This document shows positions 1 through 13,200 of a stretch of DNA of 64,000 nucleotides, in pieces. The stretch is from positions 5,761,812 to 5,825,811 of the forward strand of contig NC_092675.1 of assembly GCF_964355755.1 (NCBI RefSeq), read 5' to 3'. Below the pieces are notes generated by a model that saw nothing but the letters and a program-made list of their open reading frames with translations, was not told the DNA's origin and searched no databases. Origin of the DNA: Antedon mediterranea. Its lineage: Eukaryota > Animalia > Echinodermata. The position numbers and the translations under genes were made by a program. Numbering within the stretch: the stretch's first letter is position 1; the number at the start of each line of letters is the position of its first letter.

Positions 1-669
1 TATCAACCAATGAACCATTCAGTAGCAGAAGGAAGAGAAGCATATGTTAATTGTATTCTTAGAGATATCCAAGAAATCATGAAACGTAACTATGACGTCA
101 TCTGGACCAAAGGTGCTTATGTTATCAGCCAACCAAGTAATGGATTTGATCTGGCACGATTTACTTTTCACAATCGATATGATGATGGAAGACACTTTTT
201 GAGGATGAGACCAGTCAAGAGAGAAGATGCAGGGGATTACCAATGTTTTTAAAATACAATGGTAGTATCCTTCTTACTTCAAGTATTGGGAAGCTCAATG
301 TGCGTGAAATACCATCAGATGTATTTCCAATTGTACGCTTTACGAAGTTGGCTTACAACATCGACGACATTATCTTTGTGACTTGTGTATGTGAAAAAAC
401 AACTCCTGAACCTGATTTAAAGTGGGACACATCATCACAATTTTATTTTTCACATGAAAAATGGCCAATTATATCAAACGATACACACATTTGGATTGAG
501 GAATCAGAAACAGCATCCGCCCTTATGAATGGCTCTCGATACGTATGTAAATTAAAAGTACCAGATGAAGTTGCTCCAAGATATGCTGAAAGCGAACCAC
601 TTTACGTCATAAATAAAGATGTCAATAAAACTATTAAGCATGTGACATCACCAGAAAGAAAGCATATGA
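1..669 (+). pseudogene. Ig-superfamily membrane protein gene, 5' part (V/I-type Ig domain plus second Ig domain); starts before the window, frameshifted at ~246-250 and interrupted by a transposon at 670
   Basis: ORF 10..252 has Ig hallmarks (VNC..., VIWTK, FLRMRPVKREDAGDYQC = D-x-G-x-Y-x-C). ORF 243..698 continues with a second domain (VTCVC...PEPDLKW...YVCKL). Adding one T to the T5 run at 246-250 joins the frames (YQCFLKYNG). Confidence 0.8.
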
Positions 670-804
670 TAGTAGGCATGTTAAGGAGCATATTTTAGGC
701 AAATCCTTCAAATTGTGATAACATTTTGAAACTTTGCACAGTTATTCATTAGGGTGTCAAAAATATGAAATGGAAGGGTTGCACAAAATTTTGTCAGGGG
801 AAAG

Positions 805-1420
805 CCGCCATTTTGGATTTCAAAATGGCGGACCTCAAATTTTCACTTGTCATGTATATCTCTGCTAAAGAGGCACCTAGAGTTCTGATTTACATGCAAA
901 ATATAATATGGTAGTGGGGTCACCAAACATATTGGTATAATTAACATTTGATTGCATGGCGGCCATGTTGGATTTCAAAATGGCGGACTTCAAATGTTCA
1001 CTTTTCAGGTATATCTCTGCTAAAAAGGCACCTAGAATTCTGATTTTAGGTGCAAATTATAATTATGGTAATGGGGTCACCAAACATATTCGTATAACTA
1101 ACATTTTGATTGCATGGCGGCCATGTTGGATTTCAAAATGGCGGACCCCCAATAACTTTCCAGGTATATCTCTGCTAAAAAGGTACACAGAGTTCTGATT
1201 TTAGGTGCAAATTATATGGTAATGGGTCACCAAATATATTGCTATTTAACTAACACTTTGATTATATGGCGGCCATTTTGAATTTCAAAATGGCAAGCTC
1301 AAAATATTTCAGTACGGTACCTACAGTTATAATTTTAGGTACAAAGTATAATATGGTATTGAGGTCAACAAACATATTGGTATAACGTCTTTGATTGCAT
1401 GGCGGCCCTTTTGAATGTAG
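805..1420. repeat. Subterminal ~120-bp tandem repeats of the left Academ arm
   Basis: Recurring unit GCCATGTTGGATTTCAAAATGGCGGAC...TATATCTCTGCTAAAAAGGCACCTAGA...GGGGTCACCAAACATATT, about 4-5 copies. Confidence 0.9.
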
Positions 1421-1429
1421 CTCAAACCT

Positions 1430-2440
1430 GGTAACCACACAGCTCTGTACATCATAAATCACTCTTTCTGCATTTACAGTGTCCAAGTCCAAGATCACAG
1501 TCGGTGTGTCACAGCGATTTGTGACATCTGAAAGTTCCGGCAATGAACTCCAAACTGGACTAAATTTGTTGCCGTCCTTCCTCCATCCCCAGTTTGCTGG
1601 GTCCTGTTCAACCCTGAATGCATCTAGTAGACAGTTGTACCACTTTCTGGCTTGTAGAAAAGACCGTTTCACATGTTCTCTTAATGCCGCAGATGTTGGG
1701 GGGGGGGGGGATATTTTCAATAGTCTGTAGTAAAAAGATATCGTCTTGCATCATTTACCTTCTTTCTACTGTACATAGTTACAACAAACTGTTCTAGATA
1801 ATCTGTGTCACTAACATCCCCTACAGACAATGACATCGTCTCAAATTCCTTTCCTTGAACAGATGAAGTTGTATCAGAACTGCTAAAGGAATGAAAGAAC
1901 AAGTAAGCGGCTGATGCTTGTGATCCAAGAGAAGTAATCTTGTGTATTGAGATATACTTCAAGTGCTTCCCCACTCCAAACTCGATCCAAAGCTTGTGGA
2001 TGCCAGGTATTCTGTGGAAAGTTGACAATGAAATAACAACATCACTGTCTACAGTCTTGACAAGAATGCGCGGACAAATTTTAGCGGCATGTTAAACATG
2101 AACAAACATACGTTCATCTGCCTCTTCTATGTTACATGGCATCAGCGGTTTTATATTTACAGACTGGTTTGTTACAGCTCTGTATCGCTCTCAGAGACCC
2201 TACAAACATTCCGTGATTTGTGTCAATGTTCTCTACTACTTCAGTTACAATTAATGAAACAACTCTGATTTGTTGTCATCATATCTCGAATATGTGGTCC
2301 AATTGTTGGGCATGTTCCCACTGGCTTTGACGCCCCTCCTTACACCAGAGGTTTGAACGCGTACTAGCGCGTACTAGACTTTAAGCCGTCGTTAAAGTAT
2401 CTATCGAAAACCAAATCTGGTCACGTCACTGATCGAAGTT
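1430..2440 (-). pseudogene. Decayed Academ XPG-like nuclease / Cys-rich C-terminal fragment (left arm)
   Basis: Minus-strand fragments LVFDRYFND, LWIEFGVGKHLKYISIH, YLFFHSFSSSDTTSS, PPTSAALREHVKRS, DPANWGW; frameshifts and stops. Confidence 0.75.
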
Positions 2441-2479
2441 GATGGTCTATATATGATTGTACGACAAAATGAAGCACCA

Positions 2480-3530
2480 TTAGTTGCTGCCAAGGTGTTA
2501 GATGGACCAGCAATAATCAATATGCTCAGGCCCAATGATTCGAAGACAGTTTAAAGTCTGGTACGCGTTCAAACCGCGTCTCTGGTGTAAGGAGGGTCGT
2601 TAAAGCCAGCAGGAGCTTGCCCAACAATTGGACCACATTTTTTAGATTTGATGACAACAAATCAGAGTTGTTTTCATTTATTGTAACTGAAGTAGTAGAG
2701 AACATTGGCACAAATCACGGAATGTTTGTAGGGTCTTTGGGAGACAGAGCTGTAACAAACCAGTAAATATACAATCGCTGATGCCATGTAACATAGAAGA
2801 GGCAGATGAACGTATGTTTGTTCACGTTAAACTTGCCGCTGAAATTTTCCACGCATTGTCAAGACTGTACACAGTGATGTTGTTGTCAGCTTTCCACAGA
2901 ATACCTGGCATCCACGAGCTTCGGATCGAGTTTGGAGTGGGGAAGCACTTGAAGTACATCCCAATACACGAGATTGCTTCTTCTCTTGGATCACAAGCAT
3001 CAGCCGCTTACTTGTTCTTTCATACCATTAGCGGTTGTGATAGAACTTCATCTGTTTAAGGAAAAGGTAAAGCTACATTTAACGAGACTTTGAAAAAGAT
3101 GCCATGTATGACTCCAGTTTTTGAGAGGATGTCATTGTCTGTAGGGCATGTTAGTGAAACAGACACAGATTATCTAGAACAGTTTGTTGTAACTATGTCT
3201 ACTGCAGAACATTTAATGATGCAAGACGATATCTTTTTACAACAAGAGAAAGACTATTGAAAATATCCCCCAACATCTGCGGCATTAAGAGAACTTGTGA
3301 AACGGAAGCCAGGAAGTGGTACGACTGTCTAGATGCATTCAGGGTTGAACAGGACCCAGCGAACTGGGGATAGAGGAAGGACGGCAACAAATTTAGTCCA
3401 GCTTGGAGTTCATTGCCAGAACTTTCAGATGTCACAAAGGTTTTAATTCGCTGTAGACACACCGACTGTGATCTTGGATGCTGTAAATGCAGAAAGAGTG
3501 ATTTACGATGTACAGAGCTGTGTGGTTGCC
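2480..3530 (+). pseudogene. Decayed Academ XPG-like nuclease fragment (right arm)
   Basis: Plus-strand fragments VLDGPAIINML, CNIEEADERMFVHV, IEFGVGKHLKYIPIH, FHTISGCDRTSS; inverted paralog of the left arm with independent lesions. Confidence 0.75.
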
Positions 3531-3619
3531 AGGGAAAATGTGATCTACAATAAGTGTCCGTGTTAAATGCATGTAATTATGAACATAAACAAATAGTGTA
3601 AAGCCAGTACGGGTTGAGC

Positions 3620-4390
3620 TACATTCAAAATGGCCGCCATGCAATCAAAGACGTTATACCAATATGTTTGTTGACCTCAATACTATATTATACTTTGTAC
3701 CTAAAATTTTAACTGTAGGTACCGTACTGAAACATTTTGAGTTCGCCATTTTGAAATTCAAAATGGCCGCCATGCAATAAAAATGTCAGTTAAATACCAA
3801 TATGTTTGGTTACCCATTACCATATAATTGGCACCTAAAATCAGAACTCTGTGTACCTTTTTAGCAGAGATACCTGAAAAGTGAAAATTTGAAGTCCGCC
3901 ATTTTGAAATCCAAAATGGCCGCCATGCAATCAAAATGTTAGTTATACCAATATGTTTGGTGACCCCATTAACATATAATTTGCACCTAAAATCAGAACT
4001 CTAGGTGCCTTTTTAGCAGAGATATGCCTGAAAAATGAAAATTTGAAATCCGCCATTTTGAAATCCAACATGGCCGCCATGGAATCAAAATGTTAGTTAT
4101 ACCAGTATGTTTGGTGACCCCACTACCATATAATTTGCACCTAAAATCAGAACTCTAGGTGCCTCTTTAGCAGAGATATACCTAAAAAGTGAAAATTTGA
4201 AGTCCGCCATTTTGAAATCCAAAATGGCCGCCATGCAATTAAAATGTTAGTTATACTAATATGTTTGGTGACCCCATTACCATATAATTTGCACCTAAAT
4301 TCAGAACTCTAGGTGCCTATTTAGCAGAGATATACCTGAAAAGTGAACAATTTGGGTCCGCCATTTTGAAATCCAAAATGGCGGCTTTCC
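3620..4390. repeat. Subterminal ~120-bp tandem repeats of the right Academ arm
   Basis: Reverse complement of the left-arm unit (CCGCCATTTTGAAATCCAAAATGGCCGCCATGCAATCAAAATGTTAGTTATACC...), about 6 copies. Confidence 0.9.
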
Positions 4391-4511
4391 CCTGACCAAA
4401 TTTTGTGCAACCTTCCATTTCATATTTTTGACACCCTAATGAATAACTGTGCAAAGTTTCAGAATGTTATCACAATTTGAAGGATTGGGTCACTTAACAG
4501 GCCTACTATGA

Positions 4512-4780
4512 CATGGACATCTAGGCCCCATTTGCTAAAAACAACCAATCTGAAGGCGTCAAACATAACTGATCCTACAAAATCTGTAGAACCAGTAAAT
4601 ATATTATATATTGGCATAGGAATAATTATAATTGTTGGAGCACTCATAATATTTGGTCAAGTATGGTCATACAGAAAAGATCGGGCTTATAAATTTTTAA
4701 AGCAAAATAAGAATAAATTAGATAAAGAACGTTTGATAGACGATAACCAAAACAATTGCCAAGAGGAAGACGTCGTTTAA
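4512..4780 (+). pseudogene. Ig-superfamily gene, 3' part: S/T-rich stalk, transmembrane helix, cytoplasmic tail
   Basis: ILYIGIGIIIIVGALIIFGQVW followed by basic YRKDR, stop TAA at 4778-4780, AATAAA downstream (~4803). In frame with the 5' part once the element and one TSD are removed. Confidence 0.8.
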
Positions 4781-5097
4781 AGTAAACCTTAGAAAGATAT
4801 TCAATAAATAAATATATATTGAGGCAGTTTTAACTTATTTGATCTTGATTTTTGTCTATATCCTGCCTATGCAGCTCTTTGATTTTAAAAAAATAACGAA
4901 ACAATTGTAGAAAATGCTTAGAGATTATGTAATTGTTGCTTATGTAACATTGAATGAATAAAGGAGGTGGTTAACCACAAAAGATAAAAATAAATTGATG
5001 TAGTTATTAATTATATTTACAATAAATAAATCACCCAGAATACTTTTCGTTCAAATTATTAGAAAAAAGGTAACAATTTAAAATGAATCAAAAGAAA

Positions 5098-6454
5098 CTA
5101 GATTTGAACTCGTCACGGTGACGAGTTATTAGGATATCGTGCAACGCATCGTAACATGCACATGCTATTTATTAGCTGGCTTAGTCTACAGTAGGGTGCA
5201 CCACAACGAACTGTGTCGACAGAGATAAAAATCCGCCATATGATGATGTCATAACATACTTACGGTCTAAATTTCACATGAATTCATATCTACAAAAAAA
5301 TAGGTGTCACCAGCCATTCCGGGGAGCTATAATTGATTGAAAATAATAAGAGAATGTACTTTATATACAAAATGAAACGGTTTAATGTTAGTTCTCATCT
5401 CATTCATATGTTTTATTCCTCTGTTGTTCAATCAATCATTTCTTATAGTACTGTATTATTGTTTGGTTTTCTCATATCAATGTAAACAGTAAAAGTCAAA
5501 TTCAGAGATTAGTAAATAAGGCCAGCAGAGTTATCGGTGTAGAAGTGAAACCTTTAGATGAAATGTTTAATACATTCATACTTCAGAAATTTGACACAAT
5601 TATGCAAGACCCATCACACCCATTACATTCAGACATCATTATAAGTAGATCAGGAAGGGTTAGACTGACACAGAAAAAAATATCCACAAACCGTTTCGGA
5701 TTTTCACCAATGTACATAGCATGCAATTTATTTAACAAAAACTTTTCAAGATAGTCCACTTGTATCATTTGTATTTATTTATATAGTTATCACATCGTAT
5801 TATTTATTCTACTCAGGTACAAAACAAATCTCGAAATTGTTACCAATTTTGACAACAAAGTTATCTTGTATCTTTTATCTTGTAAAATAGGCATATTTTT
5901 ACACAAATTTGCATATAATACCCATTTTAAAGCGCACGATTTAAAAAGTTTGACGTGCACGTGTTTACATTCATAATTCGTCAAAAATGAAAGGAACTTA
6001 TCATAAAAGGTATACAAAACAACAAGTGCAAAACGGTCTGTCTAAGCTGCGTGAGAGGTAAGTACGTAAAAGCGCGTGCGTGACGCGACATTTTGTGAAA
6101 AATGTAAAATGCTTAAAATGTCCTTAAACGTGTAGAAAGTTGAAATTGATTTTGAGCAATTTAAACTTTCAATGCGCGCGTACGCGCGAAAATACAAATG
6201 TTCAAAATGTTGCTGATGATACAGGAAGATGACCCTTGACATGAAGCAAATATGTTTCATTTGAAAAAGGCTGTTAGTTTTGATTTTATAGTGTTGTTAA
6301 ACTGCACAACTACATTTATACGTGCATCTGCTGGTCAAGTTACAAAATAACTGCTTTCGTCCTTTTAGAGATCTGTCACTAATAAAAAATGATCACAAAA
6401 AAAAATATTTTTAACAATAACAATAGGCTAGGCCTAACATAGAGCGATAGCCTA
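5098..6454 (-). mobile_element. Non-autonomous Helentron (HINE), AGGCTATCGC terminal type, inverted relative to the main cluster
   Basis: Reverse-complement 3' end CTAGATTTGAACTCGTCACGGTGACGAGTT at 5098, 5' head GCGATAGCCTA at 6444-6454. Internal homology to units 40621-43024. Confidence 0.8.
5346..5883 (+). mobile_element. 5'-truncated non-LTR retrotransposon (Rex1/Babar-like LINE 3' end) inserted in the HINE
   Basis: RT C-terminal remnant (KRFNVSSHLIHMFYSSVVQS...IQRLVNKASRVIG...IMQDPSHPLH...SGR), short TATCTT(G) tandem tail, AAAATA duplicated at 5340-5345 and 5884-5889. HINE sequence resumes on both sides. Confidence 0.7.
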
Positions 6455-7031
6455 GTGAGAAAATTAAAAATGTGTGTTTACACTGTCAATTTACACAAAA
6501 GTACAACTTTCAGCAAGTGTAATAAAAAGAAATCGTACAACTCAATCATAATAGCCACCAAAATTACACCTGATACAGTAGCTCCATTAAAACTGTTACT
6601 TATCTTAGTGTCTATTGTCACTTCATGTTTATCTACTATATTTTTATCATGTTTGTAGTGGAGTGTCAACAGAGACAGTACAGATTGACAAATATTGATG
6701 TGTGATTAAATGTGTTTATTTTTCAGGAACTGTGACCATAAATGTTCATTTTATGGTATAAGTAATCTTATAACATAAGACATAATCTTAGAGAGCCACT
6801 ATCTAATACCAAGTCATTATTAATTAAATCTGTTGGTCGTCACATATATTTTTTTTCTGTTTGTTTTGTTTTGTTTTAATTAATTTCCACACATTAATGA
6901 TTATTTTACATAAACATAATACATTTAAAATGTGGAATTTACAGCATAATGGGCATGATGTTGATGATAACAATAGTTATCATTAAGAACATCGGAGATA
7001 TTTTACTACTCTACTGTAAAGATATTGCTTT

Positions 7032-7161
7032 TTAGTTATCCGCTTGGTATACCAAGCGGATAACTCCTTGTTATTGTATGAGATCAACATTTTTGGTTAT
7101 CCGCAACTTAGTTGCAGGATAACCCTTGTGATTGTAAATATCTTTTTCATCTTCTTTGTTA
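7032..7161 (+). mobile_element. Two orphan HINE 5' heads (hairpins) stacked before the next unit
   Basis: TTAGTTATCCGCTTGGTATACCAAGCGGATAAC at 7032 and TTGGTTATCCGCAACTTAGTTGCAGGATAACC at 7093, each followed by a short T-rich tract. Confidence 0.8.
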
Positions 7162-8751
7162 TTAGTTATCCGCTTAGTAGCGGATAACTCCTTGTAATCG
7201 TCCTGTTTCATCATATTTTTTTTTTTTTTCTGTATTATACTTATTTCCTTCCGTCATTTTTGTGCGTCGCGTTTCTCTAAAACGTGTAAACAGAACATAT
7301 CGTAACTTTGTCAACATATCGACATTTACGTGAACTTGTGCACCTCCTATTTTTGAATGACGTCAGAGTTGCGCAACGTGACTTACGCGTGATTTTATGA
7401 ATTTCAATGATTGATCATAGACTGAAAACCAAACATAATTTTGTTTTGACACTTTGTGAAAATTTAAGTCACATCAAGCGCAAACTTTCTATGGATTAAA
7501 AATAGCATCTTTCACAAAAAGTTACGCGCGCACGCACGTTTAAAATTTTAGAGTGCGAAAAATCAACTTCTAATCAACTTTCTATGCGTTTCATGTCATT
7601 TTGAGCATGTCAAAAATTCCCACGCGCGCGAAACTTTTTACGCACGCGGTGCACACGTAGCGTTAAAAACATGCTTTTTTCGCGTGATTTATGTTTTTTC
7701 AGCCTTTTATAGTAATGTTACCAACTTTTAAACAATTTCGACTTAAAATTACGTCATACGAGCACGTCGAATTAAATAATTTGCACGCGTTTCTGATGAA
7801 AAAGTTTAAAAATTCGTCAAAATTATGCCTATTTTTAAACAGTCATAGATTCTAAACTACATGGAGAACTTTTTTTTAATTACATATTCTGGAAGTTGAT
7901 GAGTTGTAGATATCGAATCATGCATTAATATGGCTAACCGGACATTGTGACGTCATCGTATGGCCACGCGAATATAAAATATAGGATTTTTGTCTCTTTC
8001 GTCATAGCTCATCACATTTAATAGAGCGCATCTCCACTTATTCGTAGTCGATTTTCATCCCGATTTTAATATATTCTAGGTCAATCAACTATCTTTTGCA
8101 TGAATTAAAAAATTTTTAATTTTTTTAACGTCATCATGCCTAAAAATTTAAATTACGTTGGTCATTAATTTCATCTTTACAGTAAATTTTAATCTGTTAT
8201 AGCTCGTAAGAATAAAATGAGATAATCACGATTAAAACGTTTTCAGGAAGCTATTGTATTGTAGATACAAAATCATGTAAAAATTGTGCCAATCGAATGT
8301 TGTGACGTCATCATATGGCCAGTTAAATACAAAAAGTCGTATTTTCATCTTTTGCGTTATATTTCATTACATTTAAAAGAACGCGCATCAATATTTCACG
8401 TATTCAAATTTCTACTACACGTTAATATGTTGTTGCTGAGATAATTTCATTCTGAAATTTCTACTTTTGCATTTCATTTTGAAACCGTCAAGATTTTAAA
8501 AATTACAATAAAATACGGGTCCCGTAATTTCACCTATTTTACACTGTTTGTGATATGTATACAGATTGTACCGTGTATACTATGTATATGACACAAAATA
8601 ACAGAATTCAGAAATAACAACATATCATATTCTTCAGTTCAGGTCATAATGCCTTAATATTTTTCTGTGTGCAATATTCTAACGTATGACGTGCACGTGG
8701 CGTTTGTCGAGCGGATAACTAACTCGTCAAAGTGACGAGTTTCATGTCTAG
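7162..8751 (+). mobile_element. Complete non-autonomous Helentron (HINE), AGTTATCCGC type, ~1.6 kb
   Basis: 5' hairpin AGTTATCCGC-TTAGTA-GCGGATAACT; 3' subTIR GCGGATAACT + hairpin AACTCGTCAAAGTGACGAGTT + CTAG. Confidence 0.9.
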
Positions 8752-10270
8752 TTCTTCTTTCTTTCCCGGATTTTTGTCTACAGCATATCCCCTATTGCTT
8801 GTGACTATATCATATATATAACTTTGTCATCATATGGACATTTACCTGAAGTTGTGCACCTCCATATTTTGAATGACGTCAGAGTTGCGCAACATGACTT
8901 ACGCGCGATTGTATGAATTTCTATGATTGATCACAGGATAAAAAATAAAAGTCATTTTGTATTGACACTTGGTAAAAATTTAAGTCATATCAAGGGCAAA
9001 CTTTCTATGGATTAAAAATGGCATGTTTCACAAGAAGTTACGCGCGCACGCGCATTTAAAATTTCAAAATGCGCAAAATTAATTTCTAATCAACTTTCTA
9101 CGCTGATCATGACATTTTGAGCATGTCAAAAATTCCCACGCGCGCAAAAAAAATTACGCGTAAGGTGCGCACGGAGCATGAAAATCATGTGTTTTTCTCT
9201 TGAATTATAATTTTACAGTCTTTCGTAGTCATTTTAAAAAAGATTGACATCATTTCAAATTAAAATGATGTCATACGAACACGTTGATTTAGACCATTTG
9301 CGCGCATTTTAGTTGCAAAAGTGACAAAATATTGTCAAAATTATGCTTATTTTTAATCTATTATAGCTCTTCAGGATCGAAGGTGACCCCCAATTTTTTT
9401 TACTTATTATGTAAGAAGATAAATTGTAGATATGAATTCATGCAGAATTTTTACCTCTCGGATGTTATGACGTCATCGTATGGCCACACGAATGTAAAAT
9501 ATAGGATTTTTGTCTCTTTTGTTATTGCTCATCACATTCAACAGAGCGCATCTCGCTTATACGTATTCAATTTCCTCCGAGATTTTATTATTGTCTCTGT
9601 CAATAAACTATCTTTCGCATGAGTTAAAAATATTTTTATTTTTATGACGTCATCATGTCTAAAAATGTAAATAACGTGGGTCACTTCTTTTCATCTTTAC
9701 AGTAAACTTCAATCTGTTATAACTCGTCAGAATAAAAAGTGACGCGCATGATTAAAACTTATTATAGAAGTTGTTGGATTGTAGATATGAATTAATATAC
9801 AAATTTTGTCTATCTGATGTCCTGACGTTATCATATGGCCAGTTGAATTCAAAAAGTCATATTTTCATTTCTTGCGTAAAATTTCATTGCGTTTAAACGA
9901 GAGCTCATGTCACTTTTACGTGCCCAAAATTCTTCAAATTTGTATTAATGTAATTATTTAGATAATTATCTTCTAAAATAGTTATCTTTATGTCAATTTG
10001 ATGACGTCATCGTGTTAATAATTGGATTTAAAAGATGGGTTTCGTAATTTCGTCTATGCTACACTGTATATAACATATACTACAGTGTATTCTGTAAATA
10101 CTGTAATATGTTGTATGCTACAAAATAGGTACAATTCAGCACTGTAAACGTATTTAAATCATGTAATAGGAAGGCATAATAATTGTCGGCGTTCATATAT
10201 TTTAAACGTATGTGCATGTTGCGTTTGTACGGATAACCCGAACTCGTCAAAGTGACGAGTTCAAATCTAG
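8752..10270 (+). mobile_element. Headless HINE body (probably belongs to the head at 7093)
   Basis: Starts at the pyrimidine tract and ends CGGATAACCCGAACTCGTCAAAGTGACGAGTTCAAATCTAG. The subTIR variant (AACC) matches the GGTT head at 7093. Confidence 0.8.
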
Positions 10271-10283
10271 TTTTTCTGTATTA

Positions 10284-13200
10284 TTAGTTATCCGCATTCA
10301 GCGGATAACTCCTTGTAATCGTCCTGTTACTTTTTTAGTTATCCGCATTGAGCGGATAACTCCTTGTAACTGTCCTGTTACTTTTTTTTTTTCTTTCCTT
10401 CTCCCCCATTTTTGTGTCTCGCGTATCTCAAAAACTTGTGAACATAACATGTTATAACTTTGTCAGCATGAGGGCATTCACGTGAAGTTGTGCACCTCCT
10501 ATTTTTGAATTATGTCAGAGTTGCGCAACATGACTTACGCGCGATTTTATGAATTTCACATATTTAACATAGGTCAAAAACCAAATAACATTTTAAATTG
10601 AAACTTATCAAAAGTTTAATTTATATCATGCGCTAACTTTCTGTTGAAAAAAAATTGCGTGTTTTACACAAAGTTACGCGCGCACGCGCATTTAAAATTT
10701 CAAAATGCGCAAAATTAATTTATAATCAACTTTCTACGCGTTTCATGTCATTTTAAGCATGTCAAAAATTCCCACGCGTGCGCAAATTTTTACGTGTGCG
10801 GTGCGCACGTAGCGTTGAAAATATAATTTTTTCGCGTGATTTATGTTTTTCCAGCCTTTTCTAGTAATTTTACCAACTTTTAAACAATTTCGACTTAAAG
10901 TTACGTCATACGAGCACGTCGAATTGGACAATTTGGGCGCGTTTTTGATGAACAAGTTCAAAAATTCGTCAAAATTATGCCTTTTTTTAAACAGTCGTAA
11001 TTTCTAAACTGCACGGTCAACTTTTTGTGGATGACATTTTCTGGAAGATAATGAGTTGTAGATATCGGATCATGTATTAATATGGCTAACCGGACATTGT
11101 GACGTCATCGTGTGGCCACGCGAATATACAATTTAGGATTTTTGTATCTTTCGTCATAGCTCATCACATTTAATAGAGCGCTTCTCCACTTATTCGTTTT
11201 CCATTTTCACCCCGATTTTAATATTGTGTAGGTCAATCAACTATCTTTCGCATGAGTTAAAATATTTTTAATTTTTGTCACGTCATCATGCCTAAAAATT
11301 TAAATTACGTGTGGCATTAATTTCATCTTTACATTAAATTTTAATCTGTTATAGCTCGTAAGAATAAAATCTGATAATCACGATTAAAACGTTTTCTAGA
11401 AGCTATTTGATTGTAGATAGGAAATCATGTGAAAATTTTGCCAATCGGATGTTGTGACGTCATCATATGGCCAGTTAAATAAAAAAAGTCGTATTTTCAT
11501 CTTTTGCGTCATAATTCATTACATTTAAAAGAGCGCGCATCAATATTTTACGTATTTAAATTTCTTCTACACATTAATATGTTGTTGCCGAGATAATTTC
11601 CTTCCGAAATTGCTACCTTAGTGTTTCATTTTGATACCGTCTCCATGTTAAAAATTGAAATAAATGGCGGGTCCCGTAATTTCACCTATTCTACACTGTA
11701 TATAATATATATACAGATTATACTGTTTGTACTATATACTATATGACACAAAATTGACAGAATTCAGCACTAACAACATATCATATTCATCAGTTCAGGT
11801 CATAATGCCATAATCTTTTTCTGTGTGGAATATTCCAACGTATGACGTGCACGTGGCGTTTGTCGTGCGGATAACTAACTCGTCAAAGTGACGAGTTACA
11901 TGTCTAGTTTTCTTCTTCTTTCTTTCTCCCTCATTTTTGTGGCTCACGTATCTCAAAAACTTGTAAACATAACATTTCATAACTTTGTCTGCATATGGAC
12001 ATTTACGTGAAGTTGTGCACCTCCTATTTTTGAATGACGTCAGAGTTGCGCAACGTGACTTACGCGCGATTTTATGATTTTTTATGATTGATCATAGACT
12101 AAAAACCAAGCATAATTTTGTTTTGACACTTAGTGAAAATTTAAGTCATATCAAGGGCAAACTTTTTGTGGATTAAAAATGGCGTGTTTTACAAGAAGTT
12201 GCGCGCGCACGCGCATTTAAAATTTCAAAATGCGCAAAATTAATTTCTAATCAACTTTCTACACTGATCATGACATTTTGAGCATGTCAAAAATTCCCAC
12301 GCGCGCGAAAAATTTTACACGCGCGGTGCGCACGTAGCGCTACAGACATGTTTTTTTTGCATGAATTATGTTTTTCCAGCCTTTTATAGTAATTTTACCA
12401 ATTTTTTAACAATTTCGACTTAAAATTACGTCATACGAGCACGTCGAATTGTACAATTTGCGCGCATTTTTAATGAAAAAGTTCAAAAATTCTTCAAAAT
12501 AATGCCTTTTTTAAAAAAGTCATAGATTCTAAACTACGAGGTGAACTTTGTTTTAATTACATATTCTGGAAGTTGATGAGTTGTAGATATCGGATCATGA
12601 ATCAATATGGCTTACCGGACATTTTGACGTTATCGTATGGCCACACGAATGTAAAATATAGGATTTTTGTCTCTTTCGTTATTGCTCATCACATTCAATG
12701 GAGCGCATCACGCTTATCTGTATTCCTTTTTCTCCGAGATTTTAATATTGTCTAGGTCAATCAACTATCTTACGCATGAGTTAAAATATTTTAATTTTTA
12801 TGACGTCATCATGCCTAACAATTTAAATTAAGTGGGTCATTAAATTCATCTATACAATAAATTTTAATCTGTTATAGCTCGTAAGAATAAATTGTGATAA
12901 TTACGATTAAAACGTTTTCTGGAAGCTATTGGATTGTAGATACGAATTCATGTGAACATTTTGCCAATCGGATGTTGTGACGTCATCATATGGCCATTTG
13001 ACTTAAAAAAGTCGTATTTTGATCTTTTGCGTCATAGTTCATTACATTTAAACAGCGCGCATCAATATTTCACATATTCAAATTTCTTCTACACGTTAAT
13101 ATGTTGTTGCTGAGATAATTTCCTTATGAAATTGCTATCTAAGCGTTTCATTTTGATACCGTCGCCATGTTAAAAATTGGAATAAATGGCGGGTCCCGTA

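Larger units (their letters stand above)
670..4508. mobile_element. Non-autonomous foldback Academ (AcademX-like) DNA transposon
   Basis: Termini TAGTAGGC(670)...GCCTACTA(4508), 3-bp TSD TGA (667-669 and 4509-4511), long inverted arms. Internal XPG/FEN1-like motifs (EEADERMFVH, FHTISGCDRTSS, GKGK) and a Cys-rich C-terminal remnant match the established AcademX layout. Confidence 0.8.

Noticed and set aside
956-1198. ORF MAAMLDFKMADFK...
   Set aside because: Translation of the Academ subterminal tandem repeat.
6455-7030. Possible host exon (TTTCAG| at ~6726) and short ORFs
   Set aside because: No recognisable protein, weak donor, AT-rich; cannot be supported.
8721-8742. Rho-independent terminators or ncRNA hairpins at unit ends
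   Set aside because: Eukaryotic DNA; the hairpins are Helentron terminal structures.
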